From a virus (taxonomy: Duplodnaviria > Caudoviricetes): a stretch of 59,822 nucleotides of DNA. Under the pieces are notes generated by a model. The model searched no databases. It was given only the letters and a program-made list of their open reading frames with translations, and was not told where the DNA came from. Where the stretch lies: positions 1 through 59,822 of IMG/VR virus record IMGVR_UViG_3300017991_000120; one strand, 5' to 3'. The translations under genes and the position numbers were made by a program. Shown here one piece after another: positions 1-8,926 of this stretch (positions within the stretch are counted from its first letter, which is position 1; every line of letters begins with the position of its first letter).

Positions 1-448
1 ACCTAAACCAATACTCGTAGAAAAACCGATATCCTTAAATGTTACGCACGACGACCATGACAATGTTGAGGTTTCTACAGAATGGCGTTTTTCAAAAAAT
101 ATACCCAAGAAGATTTTGTCTATGGAGATGAGTTTCTTAAAAACAACATCTACAAAATGGGGCTATACTTTGCCGGCGAAGTTTGACTTTATTCCTCATT
201 TTGCGAGTATAATAGATAACGTTGGGATAGACGTAAGGGAAATCTATTTAAAAAGGCAAGCTCCTGATTTTTTTGAGGGTTTAATCAACGGGAATATTGT
301 TATCAAGGGAGATCGAAAGGGGAATGGTTTCAAAATTAATGGCAATACGATTTACTGGGAATTTGACCTGTTAGATCGACAAATTAAAAAAGGTGGTATG
401 CGATGGGAAACAATGAAAAAAATAAACAATCTAATTTGCCAGTCCTAA
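1..448 (+). CDS. C-terminal part of Gfo/Idh/MocA-family oxidoreductase (continues from 59536 across the circular junction)
   Basis: Frame 2 is open from position 2 (PKPILVEKPISL...). ILVEKP is the EKP motif of Gfo/Idh/MocA proteins. In frame with the Rossmann N-terminus at 59536-59822. Confidence 0.75.
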   Translation, partial: PKPILVEKPISLNVTHDDHDNVEVSTEWRFSKNIPKKILSMEMSFLKTTSTKWGYTLPAKFDFIPHFASIIDNVGIDVREIYLKRQAPDFFEGLINGNIVIKGDRKGNGFKINGNTIYWEFDLLDRQIKKGGMRWETMKKINNLICQS

Positions 449-1395
449 TAATAGGGAGCCTGGGGTATCATACTGACAACATTATTAATCCGATTGTCAA
501 TGCGATTGTGCGCAGGAATGTTCCTGTCGTTAGGACGTCAGGATTAATGGATTTTTTTATACCTAAAAACAAAGACGAGGTTTTGGATGCCGTGAGAGAA
601 GGGGTCGTGTCGTCGTTGCATAATTTTAGATCCCTTTTTTTTGTAGATTTTTTTAATTTTCTGGTGCCCGTTTATAATTATATAAAGAGCATTGAGCAAC
701 AGGAGATAAAAACATTTGCCTTATGGCATGGTTCGACTGCCTTGCCAAACGACGTTGCCAACATGATAAATCATGCGGCATTATATGAAAATTTTTTATA
801 TGATTTTTACGATGGCGTGATTTTACCAAATAAATCATTGAAGCCTTATATTCCCGCAAAGGCACAGACTTTATATATTCCGTTTCCCACTGATTTACAA
901 TTTTCTCGTCCTACGCCGGATTACAAGTATAAGGACAGAGTTGTTTTTGGACATCGTTTCAATGAGGATAAAGGCAAAACAAAGTTCCTCGAATTTGTAC
1001 GATTTTTGAGGGACAAAGGACATGCAGACACGGAAGTTATCGTTTTTGATGCACCTCAGGACGTTGATGAGAGCCTAAATATTCATTTTAAAGGACGTGT
1101 GAGTCAACTTGAAATGGCGCGACATTGTACGGGTGGTGGTTACGCATGGTCGTCGGTAAAAAGTGAAACCTTTTCTTATACAATGTTGGACCTTTTGAGT
1201 TTTGGTTTGACACCGCTTGCCAATGAGCATCCCGCCTACAATTATTTGCCAAAAAGATTTATTTACGGCAACGACATAAAGGCTGCATATGATTTGTTTT
1301 TGGCAAAAAAGACAATGACGCTAAACGAGTGGGACATCATAAAAAGTAAAATCGGACGTGGAGCCAATAAAATAGCGGAGGTGCTTTTGAGATGA
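403..1395 (+). CDS. GT-B fold (GT4-like) glycosyltransferase
   Basis: 330 aa; 'VVFGHRFNEDKG' and 'SETFSYTMLDLLSFG' resemble the GT4 R..K and E-x7-E/D donor-binding motifs; overlaps both neighbours. Confidence 0.65.
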   Translation: MGNNEKNKQSNLPVLIIGSLGYHTDNIINPIVNAIVRRNVPVVRTSGLMDFFIPKNKDEVLDAVREGVVSSLHNFRSLFFVDFFNFLVPVYNYIKSIEQQEIKTFALWHGSTALPNDVANMINHAALYENFLYDFYDGVILPNKSLKPYIPAKAQTLYIPFPTDLQFSRPTPDYKYKDRVVFGHRFNEDKGKTKFLEFVRFLRDKGHADTEVIVFDAPQDVDESLNIHFKGRVSQLEMARHCTGGGYAWSSVKSETFSYTMLDLLSFGLTPLANEHPAYNYLPKRFIYGNDIKAAYDLFLAKKTMTLNEWDIIKSKIGRGANKIAEVLLR

Positions 1396-2201
1396 AAACT
1401 TATTTCGCTATCGTTGCCGCGCAGGGCAGGTATTTCCCCTACCTTAACAAGGAAATGCCTGACATAAGATATTTATTGTCTTACTATTTTTGGAGGGATG
1501 GTGAGAAATTCAAAGGCGCCTATCCTCAGCCGATCTTTGCTGATAGCGGTGGGTATAGCGCAAGAACGCAAGGTGTCTCTTTAAGGGTCGAAGAATATGC
1601 AGATTGGCTGGAAACCATTGATTACGAAGTTGCCGCGAGCCTTGATACCAGCGATTTTGATGAATCACAGCGCAATTATTTGTACCTAAGAAAACGCGGC
1701 ATTAAGGTTCTTCCTGTAATACACTTGGAAGAATATGTTGATAAAAGCAAACATAAATGGATCGATCAAATGATTGAAGAGAATGACTATATTGCTATTG
1801 GCGGTATCGCCGGCAAGGGCGTCAAACAAAGATTTTTTGAGGGCTTCTTTTCAATGATTTTTAACAAAACAAGGGATAAGGTTAAGGTGCATGGATTTGG
1901 CGCAACAAAGACAACCATCTTAAAAAAATATCCCTTCTATTCTGTTGATTCTAATAGTTGGAATTCTTGCGAAAGATACGGATACATCTTTCAGTATAAC
2001 AATAGGAAGATGTCTCTCGATAGAGAGCGGCTGTCTTCGGGAGCGCAAGGGTCTGTGATAGGTGGAAAGTTAATGTGGGGGCACCTTAGCGCAAACCAAG
2101 AAACTCGAATGAAAAGGATCGCTCATAATATTAAACAATTTAAGCTTCTCGAGGAAGACATAACCAAAATGTGGAAAGCCCGAGGCGTGGAGTGGAAATG
2201 A
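1392..2201 (+). CDS. dpdA: DpdA-like 7-deazaguanine DNA transglycosylase (TGT family)
   Basis: TGT motifs IFADSGGYS, LPVIH, IAIGG, KVHGFG, SVDSNSW; lies in a cluster with folE/queD/queE/queC. Confidence 0.8.
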   Translation: MKTYFAIVAAQGRYFPYLNKEMPDIRYLLSYYFWRDGEKFKGAYPQPIFADSGGYSARTQGVSLRVEEYADWLETIDYEVAASLDTSDFDESQRNYLYLRKRGIKVLPVIHLEEYVDKSKHKWIDQMIEENDYIAIGGIAGKGVKQRFFEGFFSMIFNKTRDKVKVHGFGATKTTILKKYPFYSVDSNSWNSCERYGYIFQYNNRKMSLDRERLSSGAQGSVIGGKLMWGHLSANQETRMKRIAHNIKQFKLLEEDITKMWKARGVEWK

Positions 2202-2860
2202 AAACATCTGGAACGAAAATTAAAAAACTTGACATCACGAAAATCATCCCCGCTGAATGGAATTACAAAAAACCCTTTGACGAGGAGGATTATAAAGAAC
2301 GATTCAAAGCGTCTATTCTAAGAGATAAAAGCGCAGGGGTCATCGCTGTTCGACAGGTAGAAGAGGGCATTTGGGAGGCCATTGACGGCAATCACAGATT
2401 GAAAGCCGTAGAAGAGCTCGGTTGGACCCATGTGGACGTCGAAGATTTTGGCAAGATTTCAAAATATGAGGCGATCCTTATTGCTCGTCGTAGGAACTAT
2501 AATTGGTTTCCCGATGACAATATCCAATTGGCGGCTCTTATGAAAGAGGTTGCTCCCAACATTTCTATCGAAGAAATGGCAGGGTTTATGCCCGACACAC
2601 CAGATGATTTGGAGAACATGGTAAAACTTGCTGATTTTGATTGGGAGCAATATGGCGCATCTGCAGGAGACGGTTCCGAGGGACATGACGAAGAGGAATT
2701 GAGAACCCTGCGTGTCGTGTTGCCGCATAACGTCTACAAGATGTGGCTCGAATGGAAGGAAAAATTGTCTTTACATTATGATGAAGAAATTTCTGACGCA
2801 AGGGCCGTTGAAATCGCTGTCGTCGAGGCAAACAATTTACCTATTGAAAGTATAATGTAA
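2198..2860 (+). CDS. ParB/Srx-like N-terminal domain protein
   Basis: 'IIPAEWNY...WEAIDGNHRLKAVEELGW' is the ParB-N motif; ATG overlaps the dpdA stop (ATGA). Confidence 0.8.
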   Translation: MKTSGTKIKKLDITKIIPAEWNYKKPFDEEDYKERFKASILRDKSAGVIAVRQVEEGIWEAIDGNHRLKAVEELGWTHVDVEDFGKISKYEAILIARRRNYNWFPDDNIQLAALMKEVAPNISIEEMAGFMPDTPDDLENMVKLADFDWEQYGASAGDGSEGHDEEELRTLRVVLPHNVYKMWLEWKEKLSLHYDEEISDARAVEIAVVEANNLPIESIM

Positions 2861-2875
2861 TTCCGAGGTTTCCGA

Positions 2876-3274
2876 ATGGGTGCACCTAAACAGTACAAGT
2901 CTGCCGAGGTAATGGAAGCAATTGATGGAAGTGGCGGTATCATGTCTACCGTTGCCAGTAGATTAAAGTGTGATTGGCATACGGCCAAGAAATACACTGA
3001 AAAATGGGAGATGACAAAAATCGCATTGGCAAATGAAAAGGAGTTGGTGTTAGACCTTTGTGAAGGTGTCCTTTTACGCTCTATTCGTGGTGGAGATACA
3101 TCAGATGCGAAATGGTACTTGTCAACGAAAGGCCGATCACGGGGATTTGGTGCCCGGACCACCCTTGACCTCGAGGTTGATGACGTCAAGATTACGGAGA
3201 TTGAAGTTGACGTTGATCCCAATGAGGAGGATCGACTTTCAAAAATAAGGGAAGAAAATCCCGGTTTGGAGTAA
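2876..3274 (+). CDS. terS: terminase small subunit (putative)
   Basis: HTH-like N-terminus, 'AKWYLSTKGRSRGF' segment, position immediately upstream of TerL. Confidence 0.65.
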   Translation: MGAPKQYKSAEVMEAIDGSGGIMSTVASRLKCDWHTAKKYTEKWEMTKIALANEKELVLDLCEGVLLRSIRGGDTSDAKWYLSTKGRSRGFGARTTLDLEVDDVKITEIEVDVDPNEEDRLSKIREENPGLE

Positions 3275-3277
3275 TAT

Positions 3278-4564
3278 GTGGCGAGTGGACTATACAGTAT
3301 CGTCAGGAAGAATGGTCGTGAAGGCAAGGCAAAAACTCATTTTCACAAAGGTCAACGCCGCGCCTATGCTTCAAAGGCTCGTTTTGTTTTTGCCTTAGCC
3401 GGAACGCAAGGAGGAAAAACAGAGTTCGCGCCGTGGTGGATGTGGCGTGAAATGAATAATCGGGGTGATGGTGAATATGCGGTTGTTTCACCCTCATTCC
3501 CTCTGCAAAATTTAAAGGTCGTTCCAGCCTATGAAGAAGTGTTTTCCCGTGTAATGAAGGTTGGGAAATACTATAAAAGTTCAAAGGTGATGCAAGTCAA
3601 GACTAATAAGCTGGATGCCAAAATCTATTTTGGTTCTGCTGATAAGCCGGAGTCTTTGGAATCTTTTACCGCAAAAGGCGCACACCTTGACGAGGTTGGA
3701 CAAAAGAGCTTTAAATTAGATTCGTGGGAGGCTATACTTCGCCGGTTATCGATCAATCAAGGGCGTGTGCTTGGCACCACTACCTTATACAATCTTGGTT
3801 GGTTAAAAAGCGAGGTTTATGATCGATGGCAGGAAGGAGACCCGGATTTTGATGTAATTCAGTTCCCATCCTACTACAATCCAGCCTTCCCAATAAAAGA
3901 ATATCTTCGGGCCGCACGTACACTTCCACGGTGGAAATTTGACATGTTCTATCGTGGCGTATTTTCACGACCTGCGGGAATGATCTATGATTGCTTTGAT
4001 ACACATCACCAAGTTGATCCGTTCCACATTCCGTCGGATTGGCCGCGTTATATTGGCGTGGACTTTGGAGGTGTTAATACCGCAATCGTTTGGATTGCCG
4101 AAGAAAAGATTCGGAATGAACCTTCAAATTTCTATATTTACCGAGAGTATTTGGAGGGCGGTACAACAGCAAAAGGTCACGCCGATAAGGTACGCGCCTT
4201 GTCTGTTGGCGAGAACTTGAAAAGATGCGTCGGTGGTGCTTGGTCTGAGGATCAGTGGCGTTCAGAATTCAGAGCGGGAAGTTTGCCGGTTTCGCGTCCA
4301 CCAATTAATGATGTGGAAGTCGGAATTGATCGTGTTTACGGGCTTCTCAACGAAGATAGGCTGTTTGTTTTTAAGGATGCGTGCAAGTATACGATAAGCC
4401 AATTCAACAGTTATGCACGAGAGTTGAACGCCTTAAACGAGCCAACAGAAAAAATCGAGGACAAAAACACATATCACTATCTTGACGCCGTCCGCTATAT
4501 TTGCTCATGGCTGAACAGACCAATAAAAGCAAGAACCGGAGGAAGTACGGTGGCGCGAAAGTAA
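3278..4564 (+). CDS. terL: terminase large subunit
   Basis: Walker A-like AGTQGGKT, Walker B AHLDEVG, coupling motif GTTT, nuclease motifs IGVDFGG and HYLDAVRY. Confidence 0.92.
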   Translation: MASGLYSIVRKNGREGKAKTHFHKGQRRAYASKARFVFALAGTQGGKTEFAPWWMWREMNNRGDGEYAVVSPSFPLQNLKVVPAYEEVFSRVMKVGKYYKSSKVMQVKTNKLDAKIYFGSADKPESLESFTAKGAHLDEVGQKSFKLDSWEAILRRLSINQGRVLGTTTLYNLGWLKSEVYDRWQEGDPDFDVIQFPSYYNPAFPIKEYLRAARTLPRWKFDMFYRGVFSRPAGMIYDCFDTHHQVDPFHIPSDWPRYIGVDFGGVNTAIVWIAEEKIRNEPSNFYIYREYLEGGTTAKGHADKVRALSVGENLKRCVGGAWSEDQWRSEFRAGSLPVSRPPINDVEVGIDRVYGLLNEDRLFVFKDACKYTISQFNSYARELNALNEPTEKIEDKNTYHYLDAVRYICSWLNRPIKARTGGSTVARK

Positions 4565-4580
4565 CCGAAAGGCAAGGACT

Positions 4581-6041
4581 ATGAAAATTTTAAATTATGA
4601 GATCACAAAGGCCGGTACTATCAAGGGTCTTCAATCCGATAGCGATAAATTAAAAAGGATTGAAAGCCAATTGGTACGCAAAATGATTGGGCGCAAGATG
4701 GGGCAGGTTTCCTATCATAACACCCAAGCGGCAACACCTTTTTTGGGTCAATACTATCCCGGGACGACCAATTTATCACTTTATCGGATTATCCGTGAAA
4801 TTGTCAGCTTCTTGGATGTGGCGGTTTTAAAGCTCGGATTATATGTTGGCGATTTTGAGGTTTACTCTGATAACGAACGAAGCCAAGATGCGCTGAGGGA
4901 TTTTAAAGACAATGTCAAAGTCAATTATTTTAGCAGAGGGTTAAAGGAATTCCTTAAACAAATGATTGAGTCAACACTTGCACTTGGAATGGGTATTGGC
5001 GAACGTGTGGACAACGGTAGTCTATTTGGGGAAACGCGCCTGTTCAATGGCAATGCGGAATTTCTTCGGTTTATTCCTGACAAGCAAGAAGGTATCGTTC
5101 TTGGGTATCAGCCCACAGGCGTATTCCAACCAAAGCCGTTTGAAAACCCTGACAATGTCTATTTTTTGGCATTTGACCAGCGAGACGGAAATCCGTGGGG
5201 ATATTCCATTTTTAATTCGCTGAACTTTGTTGCCCGAATTTACACACGTTTAAATGAAGCCCTTCATAATCAGGCGTGGAGGATTGGGGATCCAATATAT
5301 TTTACAATGGTAATGGGTGATAGCGATGACGCGGAACAGGAATTGGCTGAGGATATTAGTAATAATATCAAAGATCAATTTGAAAGCGTAAGTGCCCTGA
5401 AAGCGCAAGGCGAAGTTGGCGATATGCATATCTGGGGGCCGTCCGGTTTTGACATTAAGATTAAGATGTTGGGTGCCGATGGTGAGACGCAATTGATGGA
5501 TTTTGAATTTCCCTCGCGTATGGTTATTGAACAAATGACTGCCAAATTACTTTTGCCGCCGTGGGACTATGGCCTTTATAACTGGAATTCAAACTACAAA
5601 ATGTCTGACGCCCAACAGGACGCCTTAAAAAGTGTTCTTTGGGGCTATCGTGAGAAAATCAATCCTCACATTGAGGACATAATTAATAAGGAGTCTGTCA
5701 AAGCTGGTTTTGTTGGAACGCCTTGGCGTCACGTGTGGAATGATATTGACTTTACGGATCGCGCGGATCGCGCAAAAGCTGCCCACTTGGAAGCGTCAAC
5801 ACAAGAAAAGTTGGTTGGCAATCAACTAACCATTTGGGGGATGGGTATAATTGATGATGAACAATTATATGACAATCTTACTAATATTGGAGTGGTGGAT
5901 ATTGAGGCCAGCAATAAACAAAAAGCCATTGAAAACCTACATATTTACCGTAAATTGCTCCTCTTGCAACCTGCCGGCGACGTCGCATTAGGCAAGACGA
6001 GGTTTGAGCTTGTGCGGGCAATTATGAATGACGAGGAGTAG
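4581..6041 (+). CDS. portal protein
   Basis: 486 aa directly after TerL; 'GNPWGYSIF' resembles the portal G.S motif; synteny. Confidence 0.75.
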   Translation: MKILNYEITKAGTIKGLQSDSDKLKRIESQLVRKMIGRKMGQVSYHNTQAATPFLGQYYPGTTNLSLYRIIREIVSFLDVAVLKLGLYVGDFEVYSDNERSQDALRDFKDNVKVNYFSRGLKEFLKQMIESTLALGMGIGERVDNGSLFGETRLFNGNAEFLRFIPDKQEGIVLGYQPTGVFQPKPFENPDNVYFLAFDQRDGNPWGYSIFNSLNFVARIYTRLNEALHNQAWRIGDPIYFTMVMGDSDDAEQELAEDISNNIKDQFESVSALKAQGEVGDMHIWGPSGFDIKIKMLGADGETQLMDFEFPSRMVIEQMTAKLLLPPWDYGLYNWNSNYKMSDAQQDALKSVLWGYREKINPHIEDIINKESVKAGFVGTPWRHVWNDIDFTDRADRAKAAHLEASTQEKLVGNQLTIWGMGIIDDEQLYDNLTNIGVVDIEASNKQKAIENLHIYRKLLLLQPAGDVALGKTRFELVRAIMNDEE

Positions 6042-6044
6042 GCC

Positions 6045-7172
6045 ATGAGTTTAAGAGAAGCGAGCATTCGGTACGGTTTGATTCCACCGCCCGACGCGGA
6101 ACTGGCTTGTGGGTGTGGACAGGATCATTCAAAATTAGGTCATTCCCATTGGGACGAAATGAGCATTGGTCCTTTGATTGGGAAAGTGGATGCTCCAAGT
6201 ATTACGGAATTAGAATTATCGGCCCGCCCTCACCGGTGGGCTTCTATGCGTAAACTGCAAAGTGACTTCTTTAAAAATAGCATCCAATTGGTCACTGATG
6301 CAGAGGAAAACATTTTGGAGGTTCTGGACTTGCCCGATATTGATCGGATAAGACGTGCGGAACTTTTAAATGATACAACAGAGGAAGGGAAAAATTGGGA
6401 TTATACTTATGATATGAAAGTCAAATATCGTAAGGCTATTGAGGAATGGCAATTCCGTTTTCTCGGTGATCCTGTTTTGCAGAAACAGCCGGATGTTGAT
6501 TATGAGGACAGTCAAAAACAAGCTGTCTATACCTTCCACATGCTTTCGGCCGTTGGGGTTGGTGCTAAGAATTATAGCCGGATATTCAAAAAGAACCTGC
6601 CGAGCGGAATTGATCCCGCCTTAATTGACAACATTCAAATCCTTCCCACATTAGACAATCCATATTTACAAGCCCTCCATCGCAATGGACTTCTTCGCGT
6701 CAAAAGAAAATATGCGACAAAGTATTATGATTGGGCGCACCTACAATTGGAGCGCATGGCCTACACTGGAACCAATCCCGTACAAGTTGGTCGATGGATT
6801 CATAAAAATGTAGGCGAAGGGCAGGGCTGGTACTGGAACCGCATTACCCGCAGTGAATCAGCTTTGGCAATAAATGTGGTTTATGATCAAATGGCTCGAC
6901 AGGCGAACGTCCTATATGACATGTGGTCAGCAAGTCCTAATGCCTGCCCTATTTGCGGAATGTTTGATGGAAACATGTGGAAGCAAAGCGAGGCTCCTCA
7001 ACCTGTTTCGGATAGTCACCCGCATTGCCTTTGCGTTTTGATACCACAGTGGGTAGATAATGGACGAGAAATCCGGCCTCGTTGGGACAGGGAATCACCA
7101 TACGACCGCCCCTATTCCGGCGAATCAGGGCGCGAGGAACTTCGTAGATTACAAGAATATTTTAATAATTAA
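6045..7172 (+). CDS. MuF/SPP1 gp7-like minor head protein
   Basis: 'RITRSE', 'ACPICGMFDG' and 'HPHCLC' motifs; follows the portal. Confidence 0.75.
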   Translation: MSLREASIRYGLIPPPDAELACGCGQDHSKLGHSHWDEMSIGPLIGKVDAPSITELELSARPHRWASMRKLQSDFFKNSIQLVTDAEENILEVLDLPDIDRIRRAELLNDTTEEGKNWDYTYDMKVKYRKAIEEWQFRFLGDPVLQKQPDVDYEDSQKQAVYTFHMLSAVGVGAKNYSRIFKKNLPSGIDPALIDNIQILPTLDNPYLQALHRNGLLRVKRKYATKYYDWAHLQLERMAYTGTNPVQVGRWIHKNVGEGQGWYWNRITRSESALAINVVYDQMARQANVLYDMWSASPNACPICGMFDGNMWKQSEAPQPVSDSHPHCLCVLIPQWVDNGREIRPRWDRESPYDRPYSGESGREELRRLQEYFNN

Positions 7173-7182
7173 GGAGGAAACC

Positions 7183-7407
7183 GTGAAAGCTGTTGTTGAG
7201 CAACAAAGTAAAGAATTCACAATCCAGTGGTTAAAAACCCAAAGACAAAATGCGGAAAGCAAGATAAAGGAACTGGACAATCAAATCGTAGATCAAACGG
7301 AGCCGCTTTTTCACTTAAATATCCGAAAACAGTATTTCCAAGAACAGGCCAAAACAGCCCAAAAACTGTTGGCAAGATATGGTTCAGTGGCAGAGGTGCC
7401 AAAATGA
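7183..7407 (+). CDS. hypothetical coiled-coil protein
   Basis: AAGGAGG SD then GTG at 7183. Confidence 0.55.
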   Translation: MKAVVEQQSKEFTIQWLKTQRQNAESKIKELDNQIVDQTEPLFHLNIRKQYFQEQAKTAQKLLARYGSVAEVPK

Positions 7408-7697
7408 ATAGGCGCGGTTTTTTAGGAATGATTGCCGCTTGTGCAGTCCCTATCTCAAAAAAAGAGCCTACAATGCCAAGTCCCGAAGGCTTTAATATTC
7501 CTCCAAATGCCAATCGATTGTGGTATATAACAAATTATGTCACCATACCTAAAACGAAAATTCCTACCTATGGTTTTTCGATTACGGAGGATCAATACTA
7601 TGCCAACGAACCGTGGTTTCAAGACTGGACAAATAAATGCGTGGACGCCATGCAAGGGAAAGGCACTAAGGCCATAATTGCTTTGACATTAGTTTAA
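7404..7697 (+). CDS. hypothetical protein with twin-arginine-like N-terminus (MNRRGFLG)
   Basis: GAGGTG SD; ATG overlaps the previous stop. Confidence 0.55.
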   Translation: MNRRGFLGMIAACAVPISKKEPTMPSPEGFNIPPNANRLWYITNYVTIPKTKIPTYGFSITEDQYYANEPWFQDWTNKCVDAMQGKGTKAIIALTLV

Positions 7698-7705
7698 AAA
7701 AGTTC

Positions 7706-7734
7706 TTGCAATTACAAGATTTTATTTGTAAAAT
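7706..7734 (+). promoter_or_regulatory. sigma70-type promoter for the RNA/tRNA operon
   Basis: TTGCAA-17 nt-TAAAAT preceded by AAAAAAGTTC; predicted start near 7741 coincides with the first hairpin. Confidence 0.7.
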
Positions 7735-7740
7735 CCAAAC

Positions 7741-7803
7741 GTAGGTTAGAGAGGAAAATCCTTCCAACTGCCCCGTTGTTAGCTTCTCACCTTTCTGACC
7801 TAC
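7741..7803 (+). ncRNA. structured RNA candidate (14-bp closing stem)
   Basis: GTAGGTTAGAGAGG pairs with CCTTTCTGACCTAC, including G-U pairs that favour the + strand. Confidence 0.4.
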
Positions 7804-7866
7804 ATTTTGCGGCCATTCAATTAATTCAATTTATTAATTGGGCGCTGAAAATTACACGAATTACGC

Positions 7867-7893
7867 AAAGGGCGTGGCCGCCGCCCTTTTTTT
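7867..7893 (+). terminator. intrinsic terminator/attenuator hairpin
   Basis: AAAGGGCG-loop-CGCCCTTT followed by T run; loop TGGCCGC is complementary to GCGGCCA at 7809-7815. Confidence 0.6.
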
Positions 7894-7906
7894 AAAAGGA
7901 GGAACC

Positions 7907-8176
7907 GTGAAGGCTGTTTATTTGATTGTCCGAAAAGAGAAACACATCGACGATAAATATTGGCTTTGCAAAGTCAAAAAAGACGCTCTCACCATTGCCG
8001 AAGAGGTTGCCGACTTCTGGCTCTCACATTACACCGAAGAAAATAACGAAATCGTCACTGAACCAGTAAGTGATCAAATATTTTATAGAGGCACTGCCAA
8101 CGAGGGCTTTGAGGTTTTTGTTAAACCAATCAACCTACGTGAAAGTGGGCAGACGGACGAGAAGTATTCTAATTGA
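7907..8176 (+). CDS. hypothetical protein
   Basis: AAGGAGG SD then GTG at 7907. Confidence 0.6.
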   Translation: MKAVYLIVRKEKHIDDKYWLCKVKKDALTIAEEVADFWLSHYTEENNEIVTEPVSDQIFYRGTANEGFEVFVKPINLRESGQTDEKYSN

Positions 8177-8350
8177 TTTGGCGCGAGTTCCCGACCAACA
8201 GGTCTCCTCTCAAACCTAAATAAAGTTGGTTGGGGCCGCGTCCTAAAATAACGAGGCCAAATATGGCCCTTTATCATATATTCTTTTCATGCTTCACTTC
8301 TCCTAACAGATGGGCGGGATGAATTGCATTTTGCAGTCCCGCCCAAATTT

Positions 8351-8423
8351 GCCAGCGTTGCCAACGTAGCCAAGGCGATGGACTGAAAATCCATTTATGG
8401 GAGTGCAATTCTTCCCGCTGGCA
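8351..8423 (+). tRNA. tRNA-Phe(GAA), atypical
   Basis: Acceptor GCCAGCG/CGCTGGC, anticodon arm ATGGA-CTGAAAA-TCCAT, T arm GGGAG-TGCAATT-CTTCC (non-canonical loop); D-loop lacks GG; no encoded CCA. Confidence 0.8.
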
Positions 8424-8517
8424 CATGGTTGCGGGACGCCAAGTGGCCGAGGTTTTTTGCAAACAGATAAACCGTTTTTCCCTCGCCCGCAGCCAGTTTT
8501 TTTAGAAAGGAGACGAC

Positions 8518-8673
8518 GTGGAAAAAGAACTGGAATTGGAGTGCCCTCGCTGTTATGCGATGGTGAGCATTAAACATGTCACAGAGGATTATGAGCTTGT
8601 TGAATGTCCTCAATGTGGACGTTCTTTTGAAGTCTATAAAGGTAAATTAATTGCACTGGACGAGGAAGAATGA
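8518..8673 (+). CDS. small Zn-ribbon protein (51 aa, CPRC...CPQC, acidic C-terminus), below the ORF-track size cutoff
   Basis: AAAGGAG SD then GTG; MEKELELECPRCYAMVSIKHVTEDYELVECPQCGRSFEVYKGKLIALDEEE. Confidence 0.7.
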   Translation: MEKELELECPRCYAMVSIKHVTEDYELVECPQCGRSFEVYKGKLIALDEEE

Positions 8674-8681
8674 AATTGGAT

Positions 8682-8753
8682 TGGCCTGTCGCTCAATTGG
8701 TAGGGCACGTGACTTTGGATCACGATACGGAGGTTCGAATCCTCCCGGGTCAG
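8682..8753 (+). tRNA. tRNA-Gln(TTG)
   Basis: TGGCCTG/CGGGTCA acceptor, GCTC/GGGC D stem, CGTGA-CTTTGGA-TCACG, GGAGG-TTCGAAT-CCTCC. Confidence 0.9.
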
Positions 8754-8926
8754 CGAGGACTTTGTGGATTTGAGTCCGTGGGTATGAAGCCCCTAAACAA
8801 GTAATCCACCACGCGGGACGATGAACCGCGAGAACGAGCGGATCGACACTGGCTGAAAGGTAAGACCACGGAGCTTGTGCTGACTGTGGTGAGAATGCCG
8901 AATATCCTTTCCCGCTCGTTTTATCT

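Noticed and set aside
7404-7697. Genuine Tat-exported protein
   Set aside because: RRGFL is present but the hydrophobic region is very short, so export cannot be supported from sequence alone.
8754-8810. Theta/HDV-like ribozyme after tRNA-Gln
   Set aside because: The pseudoknot lacks room for the P3/L3 element between the P2 5' strand and the P1 3' strand; kept only as an unassigned structure.
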